Of a stretch of 64,000 nt of DNA, positions 57,547 to 64,000 are shown one piece after another; position 1 is the stretch's first letter, and each line of letters starts with the position of its first letter. Location of the stretch: UHGV virus genome UHGV-0116877. One strand, 5' to 3'. The stretch is from a virus. The position numbers were made by a program, and so were the translations under genes. The notes under the pieces are model-generated. The model was not told where the DNA came from. It ran no database searches and worked only from the letters and a program-made list of their open reading frames with translations.

Positions 57547-58358
57547 TGAAGAAATTTATTCCTATTTTAATTAGTATTTTAATTTTATTAAGCGGATGCG
57601 GCCAGAGAAATAATTTAGTCGAATCCTCTGACTCAGCTAGCTCTTCTAGTTCAGAAACCACATCAACCACGGTAGAATCAACTACTTCCACCGAAAGTCA
57701 ACAAACCACTTCAACAAGCATAATATCAATAGAAACAAAACCCCAAAAAGAAGTTGGAATAAAATGGAAAGTTCCACTAGTTATGCAAAATCCAGAATTA
57801 CCTACTGGATGTGAAATAACAAGCGTAGCAATGGTTGTTAATTTCTATGGATATGATTATGATAAAATTACTATGACTGACAAATATTTAGATAAGTCTA
57901 ATAATTTTTATCATAAAGATGGCCAATTATTTGGCCCTAATCCACAAAAGTTTTTCTTAGGAAATCCTAGAAGCACTAGTGGATATGGATTACAATGTTT
58001 CTCAGGGACTTGGCTAAATACATTAAATAAAATCTTTGAGGAAAATAAAAGTGAGCATTATGCGGAAGATATAAGCGGCAGAAGTTTAAAAGATTTGGAG
58101 GGTGAACTTCAATCCGCGCCGATTCTAATTAGTGCTTCAATAGACATGAATCCAGCATCACCAAGAGTTCTCTTCAAAGATTCAGAAACAAAAGAAGACG
58201 TAACAACTTACAGGAACTTCCATTGTGTTGTACTTGTTGGTTATGATGAAGATTACTATTATGTGAATGACCCCCTCGGAACTTTCTCGAAACTTGAGAA
58301 GGCACGACTTGAAAGAGCGTACACTTCGACGGGACGACAGGCAGTAATTGTTCGATAA
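57546..58358 (+). CDS. lipoprotein with C39-like peptidase domain
   Basis: lipobox LLSGC, S/T linker, Q.PELPTGCE, HCVVLVGYD, NDP. Confidence 0.85.
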   Translation: MKKFIPILISILILLSGCGQRNNLVESSDSASSSSSETTSTTVESTTSTESQQTTSTSIISIETKPQKEVGIKWKVPLVMQNPELPTGCEITSVAMVVNFYGYDYDKITMTDKYLDKSNNFYHKDGQLFGPNPQKFFLGNPRSTSGYGLQCFSGTWLNTLNKIFEENKSEHYAEDISGRSLKDLEGELQSAPILISASIDMNPASPRVLFKDSETKEDVTTYRNFHCVVLVGYDEDYYYVNDPLGTFSKLEKARLERAYTSTGRQAVIVR

Positions 58359-58490
58359 TTTGGCGTGAAAAGAGAGTATAGTCCTTCGGACTATACTCTC
58401 TTTTACTATTTAAAACTTGACTTAATAAGAAAATAATACTATAATATTTATAGAGAGAGAATAAGAAATATTAAGAAAGGAGAATTATAA

Positions 58491-58802
58491 ATGGTATATC
58501 AAATAAAAAAAGAATGCGATAGAATTAAAAGAATATATAAATATAATTTACCAGAAACAGGTGGAGTTTTAACTCTAAATATTCCTCCTATTTATCAAAT
58601 TTTAAAAGTTGATTTACAAAATAATAATCCTGTGTTTTGGGCAATAATATATCCAGAAGAAGAAAATAAAAAGTATCAAATTACTGGGCTATGGACTGGA
58701 ATGGAATATGAAGAAAAAGATGGAACTTATATAGGAACTTTAACGATAGATGAACTTGTTTATCATTATTTTATAAGGGAGATATACGATGGAACTAGAT
58801 AA
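58491..58802 (+). CDS. conserved phage protein
   Basis: IYKY...IL....Q.....WA....TG....YIGT....VYH. Confidence 0.75.
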   Translation: MVYQIKKECDRIKRIYKYNLPETGGVLTLNIPPIYQILKVDLQNNNPVFWAIIYPEEENKKYQITGLWTGMEYEEKDGTYIGTLTIDELVYHYFIREIYDGTR

Positions 58803-59838
58803 AGAACAAAAATTAGCAGTAGAAACTAAAAAAAGAAATGTTCTTGTCGCTGCGGCCGCAGGCTCAGGAAAAACTAGAGTCATAACTGAGAGATTAAAAT
58901 TCCTTCTTGATAATGGAGCTGACCCTTCTAAAGTCTTTGCTATTACTTATACCAATGCTGCTGCACAAGAAATGAGAGAAAGAATAGGTAATTCGGAAGT
59001 ATTCATTGGAACTATTCATAGTTTAGCAAATCGTATTCTTCTTCTTAATGGAATAGACACAACTCCTTATCTTAACGAAGATGAGTTTGATAAGCTTTTT
59101 GAGGTAATAAAAGATAGCAATATCGAGCTTCCAGAAGTAGACCATTTGCTTATAGATGAATTTCAGGATATTTGTGAGAACGAATATGAGTTTACTATGG
59201 AGACTCTTAAACCGAGGAATTTCTTTGTAGTGGGAGATAGCCGTCAAGCAATTTATTCTTTTAAAGGAGCAAATTATAAATATTTTATGGATTTAATTAA
59301 CAATCCTTTTGTTCAAGTATATGAGCTTAATAATAATTATCGTTGCGGAGAGGAGATAATTGATTTTGCTGATGTATTTCTGGACAATATGTATGATATT
59401 TATGATACTTCTGTTTACTGTAAAAGTGGAATAGTTGGTGAAGTAGAGAGGTCTCCTTTTAGTGTGAATGCTATTTTAGAATATTTAAAAGAAGGAGAGT
59501 ATAAAGATTGGTTTATCCTTTGTCGTAAAAATTCTGAAATAGAAGAAATTGGATATTTTTTAGATAAGAACAAAATTCCTTATACCAGCTTTAAAAAATC
59601 AGAAATGTCTCTTGAAGAATTAAATGAGAAAGTTAATGCTAATATGGTTAAACTTCTTACTGTCCATAGCGCGAAAGGATTGGAAAGTAAGAATGTTATC
59701 GTTATAGGAGCAAAAACTTATAAGCAAGAAGAAAAACGTATCTGTTATGTTGCTGCGACAAGAGCAAAAGAAAGACTAGTATGGATGACTGAAATGCCAA
59801 AGAAAAAGCCAAACTATAAAATGACGAATTGGGGTTAA
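58789..59838 (+). CDS. compact UvrD/Rep-like SF1 helicase
   Basis: AAAGSGKT, DEFQD, VGD..QAIY.F.G, NYR, TVHSAKGLE, YVAATRA. Confidence 0.93.
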   Translation: MELDKEQKLAVETKKRNVLVAAAAGSGKTRVITERLKFLLDNGADPSKVFAITYTNAAAQEMRERIGNSEVFIGTIHSLANRILLLNGIDTTPYLNEDEFDKLFEVIKDSNIELPEVDHLLIDEFQDICENEYEFTMETLKPRNFFVVGDSRQAIYSFKGANYKYFMDLINNPFVQVYELNNNYRCGEEIIDFADVFLDNMYDIYDTSVYCKSGIVGEVERSPFSVNAILEYLKEGEYKDWFILCRKNSEIEEIGYFLDKNKIPYTSFKKSEMSLEELNEKVNANMVKLLTVHSAKGLESKNVIVIGAKTYKQEEKRICYVAATRAKERLVWMTEMPKKKPNYKMTNWG

Positions 59839-59840
59839 AA

Positions 59841-60149
59841 ATGAATAAATTTTATATGGTAGAACCAATAAGAGAGAATGTTACAAAAAAAGAGTTTGAT
59901 GACTTCATTAAAAAATATCCTAGAAAATTAAATTATAATTATTGTGATATTTCAATTCCTCCATCAATATCTTATAACGATTTTGAATTAGCAAATCGTT
60001 GGCCATATAGTGTAATAGCAAATACTTTTGCTTATTCTGATGATATGGAAGATTATTATTATACTCCAGAAGAAAAAAGAATTTATTCAATTATGAAAAA
60101 TTATGAGCAAGTTTTTAAAAGTAAAACGGGGTACAAGGAGATGGACTAA
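59841..60149 (+). CDS. hypothetical protein
   Basis: operonic ORF. Confidence 0.7.
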   Translation: MNKFYMVEPIRENVTKKEFDDFIKKYPRKLNYNYCDISIPPSISYNDFELANRWPYSVIANTFAYSDDMEDYYYTPEEKRIYSIMKNYEQVFKSKTGYKEMD

Positions 60150-60671
60150 ATGAATATTATGGAGTATGATACGGAAAGTTTAGATTATACAGAAGTAGAA
60201 AAATTATTCTCTATTTTTAAAGAAGCAAGTGGAAAAGAGGGGCATACTGCTATCGCCATGCCAAAAGATATTATTATTCTTCAAGATGTAGATGAAAAGA
60301 CTCTTTATAAAGTAAAAGAAATGATTGATGAAGAATTAAAGAGAAAAGTAAAAGAATCTGAAGAAGAATATAGAAAATCAAAAACAGTATATCTATTTAA
60401 ATGCTATGAAACAGATGGTCAACTTATTAAAATAATTGATTTTGACTTCTCAAATATATATTCTATGGTATGTATTTGTCTTGATTGGACTGAAGGAGAT
60501 AGGCATTTCGCCCTTACTTTTGATAGTATTGGATTATTTTGTAACGATTTTAATAATCCAGGCCATAAAATTATTGAACGATATAAAGAAATATCAGAAG
60601 AAGAATTTAGAGCAAAATTTAACACAAGAATTGATGAAATTTGTTTTGGAGAATTTAAGTGTCAAGGATAA
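60150..60671 (+). CDS. hypothetical protein
   Basis: operonic ORF with RBS. Confidence 0.7.
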   Translation: MNIMEYDTESLDYTEVEKLFSIFKEASGKEGHTAIAMPKDIIILQDVDEKTLYKVKEMIDEELKRKVKESEEEYRKSKTVYLFKCYETDGQLIKIIDFDFSNIYSMVCICLDWTEGDRHFALTFDSIGLFCNDFNNPGHKIIERYKEISEEEFRAKFNTRIDEICFGEFKCQG

Positions 60672-60775
60672 CTTGACACTTTTCCTTTTTTATGATATAA
60701 TATAAATATAAAATACCGGACTAAAATATTAAAGTCATTTAGTCCATTACTCACTTATAATCAGAGGTGAAATAA

Positions 60776-61513
60776 ATGGCTAAATTGATAAATGAGACTG
60801 GAAACACTTATGGGTATTTAACAGTAATTAAAAGAGCCGATAATGATTCTAGCGGAAGAGCTAGATGGTTATGTCGATGTAAATGCGGAAATGAAGTAAT
60901 TGTATTGGGGAAGCATCTTAGAAGTGGAAATACAAAATCTTGTGGGTGTTATCAAAAAGAACAAGCTATTAAATCTAATATGAATAGAGCAAACAATTTA
61001 GTTGGACAAAAATTTGGAAAATTGCTTGTGCTTTCTGAATGTGGATTTATAGAACATTCTTCTGGTAAAAGAAGTCGTATTTATAATTGCTTATGCGATT
61101 GTGGAAATTATTGCCAAATACAACATCAATATTTAGAATATGGAGATACAACTTCTTGCGGATGTATCCGTTCAAAAGGAGAATTTCAAATAGAGCAAAT
61201 CTTGAAAGAAAAAAATATTGAATATAAGAGAGAGTTTCATTTTGAAGACTTAAAAGATAAAGACTATCTTCGTTTCGATTTTGCAATATTTGAAAACGAT
61301 AAATTAAAATGTTTAATTGAATATCAAGGAGAACAACATTATAATAAAAATAATGGATACTATAATGAAGATATTATTAGACATGATAAGCAAAAATATG
61401 AGTACTGTATATCTAAGAAAATTCCTTTAATAATAATTCAGTACAAAAGAAATTATAATTTAAAGTATGAAGATTTGCAACTGGAGGAGTATATTGATGA
61501 ATTATGGAGCTAA
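60776..61513 (+). CDS. homing endonuclease-like protein (paralog of 39816-40883)
   Basis: WLCRCKCG...SCGC repeats; RFDFAI...IEYQGEQHY. Confidence 0.82.
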   Translation: MAKLINETGNTYGYLTVIKRADNDSSGRARWLCRCKCGNEVIVLGKHLRSGNTKSCGCYQKEQAIKSNMNRANNLVGQKFGKLLVLSECGFIEHSSGKRSRIYNCLCDCGNYCQIQHQYLEYGDTTSCGCIRSKGEFQIEQILKEKNIEYKREFHFEDLKDKDYLRFDFAIFENDKLKCLIEYQGEQHYNKNNGYYNEDIIRHDKQKYEYCISKKIPLIIIQYKRNYNLKYEDLQLEEYIDELWS

Positions 61514-63353
61514 TGATATTGTTTCTTTATCCGCTGGGCGCGCGTTTAGAGAAAAAATAGGTATGTATCTCTCTGCTGACAGACAAGAAGCAATAAATCT
61601 TGGGCTTAGAGAATTGATTGTAAATGTTCAAGACGAATATGAAGTTTTTAAACCGAAAAATCCATTGCTAAAAATTGTTTTAGACTCAAATAAAAGAGAA
61701 ATAGAAGTATGTGATAATATGAGAGGAATTCCTGTTGGTAAGAGAGATGATGGAATCAACTCTCTTACTGCCGCATTTTTAATTCCTCATTCCGGAGGCA
61801 AGCATACTGAAGGAGCATATTCAAGCGCCGTAGGTATCAATGGAGAAGGAAATAAAGTTGTTTGTCATACTGCGAAGTGGCTTGAAGTTACTGTTAGGAG
61901 AGATGGACATATTTGGTTTCAAAGATTTGAATCAACTGACGAAGGTGCTGCGCCAGTAACAGAAGTAAAAGATATGGGCGAGATTCCTAAAAATTGGGAG
62001 ACTGGCACTATTATAAAATACTCTCCTGACGAAAAAGTTTATGGAAAAATATTTATTGATATTCTAAAGTTAAAGAAGATGCTTACTGAATTATCCTATT
62101 TCACAAAAGGACTGAAAATTCAACTTATCATAGACGGGAAAGAAGAAACTTTTTACTCTGAAAATGGGCTAATAGATGGGCTAAAGAATGAGAAAGCATT
62201 GAGCGAACCTTTTTCTTACTTTTATGAGACAGAAGATTGTAAAGTAGAACTTGCTCTACAATGGGTTTCTTCTAATGGAAATATAAAAGGATATGCCAAT
62301 GGTCTTTATATGCCTGATGGTGGCGCTTTTATAACTGGTTTTAAATCTTCTTTAACCAGAACTTTTAATAACTTAGCAAATAAGAACTTTTCTGGAGAAC
62401 AAATTAGAGGAGTCCTTGACGGATTTGTTTCTGTAAAAGTAAAAATGGGACAATTTTCCAATCAAGCAAAAACCGCTTTAGCAAATCCAGAAGCGAGAAC
62501 AGCAACTTCAACAGCAATTAGCATCGCTCTTAAAGAATTTTTTCAAAGAAATAACCAAAGTTTTAATAAAGTTATTGAGCTTTTGACTAAAGTTGAGAAA
62601 GCCGAAGCTGCCGCGGCCAGAGCAAGAACTGCTGTCATGGATGCTCAGAAAACAGTAGAAAAAGAATTGAAAAAGAAATCCGTTCTTGCTGGCAAACTCG
62701 TTGATTGCGAAAAGCATAATGAAGAATCTCAGCTTTTAATTGTGGAGGGTAAATCTGCATTAGGTTCTATCGTCAATGCAAGAGACGGTGTTACTACTGC
62801 TTGTTTCCCATTGAGAGGTAAAATTATCAATGTCTTGAAAAATAATGAAGAAGATATTTTTAACAACCAAGAAGTAAAAGAACTTCAAATTGCTCTTGGC
62901 TGTGGTATTGGCGATAAATTTAATATGAAGAAACTTCGTTATGGTAGAGTCTGTATCGCCGCAGATATGGATATGGATGGATATTCTATTGTTTGTCTTG
63001 TCCTTACTTTCTTCTATAAATATTATCCAGAGCTAATTAGACAAGGAAAAATTTATTGGGCAAGAACTCCATTATTTTCTGTTACTTCTGGCGGGAAGAC
63101 TTTCTATGCTTATTCAGAAGAAGAACTAGCAAAACTTCCAAAAGGAAAAGTCAGTAGAAATAAAGGTCTTGGTGAATTATCTGCTATTGAAATGAAAGCA
63201 ACTTTATTTAGTTGTGAAGATAGTTATGTACAATTTACTATGGAAGATGCTGCGGCTGCGGCGTACTATTTTAATCTTCTTTTAGGTGAGAATGTTAAAG
63301 GAAGAAGAGAATATATTTTTGAAAATATTGATTTTGAGGCAGTTGAAGAATAA
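61497..63353 (+). CDS. type IIA topoisomerase subunit B (GyrB/ParE-like)
   Basis: GHKL (E...N, DN.RGIP, HSGGK), EGKSA, PLRGK, D.D.DG, KGLGE. Confidence 0.95.
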   Translation: MNYGANDIVSLSAGRAFREKIGMYLSADRQEAINLGLRELIVNVQDEYEVFKPKNPLLKIVLDSNKREIEVCDNMRGIPVGKRDDGINSLTAAFLIPHSGGKHTEGAYSSAVGINGEGNKVVCHTAKWLEVTVRRDGHIWFQRFESTDEGAAPVTEVKDMGEIPKNWETGTIIKYSPDEKVYGKIFIDILKLKKMLTELSYFTKGLKIQLIIDGKEETFYSENGLIDGLKNEKALSEPFSYFYETEDCKVELALQWVSSNGNIKGYANGLYMPDGGAFITGFKSSLTRTFNNLANKNFSGEQIRGVLDGFVSVKVKMGQFSNQAKTALANPEARTATSTAISIALKEFFQRNNQSFNKVIELLTKVEKAEAAAARARTAVMDAQKTVEKELKKKSVLAGKLVDCEKHNEESQLLIVEGKSALGSIVNARDGVTTACFPLRGKIINVLKNNEEDIFNNQEVKELQIALGCGIGDKFNMKKLRYGRVCIAADMDMDGYSIVCLVLTFFYKYYPELIRQGKIYWARTPLFSVTSGGKTFYAYSEEELAKLPKGKVSRNKGLGELSAIEMKATLFSCEDSYVQFTMEDAAAAAYYFNLLLGENVKGRREYIFENIDFEAVEE

Positions 63354-63416
63354 CTGCCTTGACTTTTTCTGAATATTATAGTATAATATTAGTATAAAAT
63401 GAAAAGGAGAGTTTGA

Positions 63417-64000
63417 ATGGAATTAAAGCTTGATGTATCGGAAGCTCTTCCTAACTTTTACCTCCCATATGCAGGTTATGTACTTCAAACTCGTGCAATA
63501 CCAGATTCAAGGGATGGTTTAAAGCAGGGTGCAAGATTTATTATTTTTGCACAAATGAAGCATAAATTAGTTTATAACAAAGATAGGAGAAAAGCTGTTG
63601 CTACTGTAAACGCAGGAATGGAGTTTAGTCCTCACGGTGATTCTAGTGTTTATGGTACTGCGGTTCGTTTATCACAACCTTTTTCACTTCGTTATCCTAT
63701 TATTGAAGTAAAAGGTAATAATGGCTCTCTATTTGCAGGAGATGACTTCTCTGCGGCTCGTTATATTGAAATGAGAAGTAATAAAATTGCAGATGAAATG
63801 ACTAATCTTCTTGCGAAAGAAACTATTGATAAGTGGCGGCTGAACTATACTCAAGAACAAGAATATCCAACGGTATTACCAACAAGATTTCCTTTTAGCC
63901 TTGTTAATGGTAATACTGGTATTGGTGTTGGATGTTCAAGTTCTATTCCTCAATTTAATCTATGTGAAGTATCAGATGCTTTAATAAAACTTCTTTATAA
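63417..64000 (+). CDS. type IIA topoisomerase subunit A (GyrA/ParC-like), truncated by window end
   Basis: RAIPDSRDGLK, PHGDSS, AARYIE catalytic Tyr, LVNG..GIGVG. Confidence 0.95.
   Translation, partial: MELKLDVSEALPNFYLPYAGYVLQTRAIPDSRDGLKQGARFIIFAQMKHKLVYNKDRRKAVATVNAGMEFSPHGDSSVYGTAVRLSQPFSLRYPIIEVKGNNGSLFAGDDFSAARYIEMRSNKIADEMTNLLAKETIDKWRLNYTQEQEYPTVLPTRFPFSLVNGNTGIGVGCSSSIPQFNLCEVSDALIKLLY

Noticed and set aside
33204..63353. Introns or inteins in nrdD, ligase or topoisomerase B
   Set aside because: The ORFs are continuous and of ordinary or compact length; the nearby endonuclease genes are free-standing.
1..64000. Stop-codon recoding suggested by the theta ribozyme
   Set aside because: Long genes are intact in code 11, TAA, TAG and TGA all end genes, and no clear CTA or TCA suppressor tRNA was found.

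Overview
This is a 64-kb segment of a large, AT-rich tailed phage, most likely lytic and infecting a Bacillota/Clostridia host. The host inference rests on sigmaA-type TTGACA-17-TGnTATAAT promoters, AGGAG/GAGGTG RBSs, AbrB-, HPr- and SleB-like genes, an Amidase_3 endolysin and an anaerobic RNR. Standard genetic code 11 fits the long ORFs. Layout: (i) 1-3.4 kb, a + strand, probably early or terminal region with strong promoters and repeats. (ii) 3.5-35.4 kb, a - strand accessory region with about 28 tRNA genes, free-standing homing endonucleases, an RNA ligase, a macrodomain protein, holin-like genes and an nrdD/nrdG/glutaredoxin/FTR module. (iii) 35.4-64 kb, a + strand block with RNase H, a glycosyltransferase, DNA ligase, baseplate/tail-fibre genes, endolysin, a UvrD helicase and type IIA topoisomerase B and A (A truncated by the window edge). 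The non-coding RNA content is the most striking feature. It includes a 384-nt closed-end RNA with about 10 UAAAG repeats directly behind a coiled-coil (DIP1984/DUF6847-like) gene, a candidate protein-RNA system. It also includes a ~676-nt large structured RNA, an HDV-like theta ribozyme at the 3' end of tRNA-fMet, a group I intron with an endonuclease inside tRNA-Lys(UUU), an anticodon-armless tRNA mimic, a double T-arm RNA and several pseudoknotted spacer RNAs. All calls were made by eye; no searches or folding programs were run.
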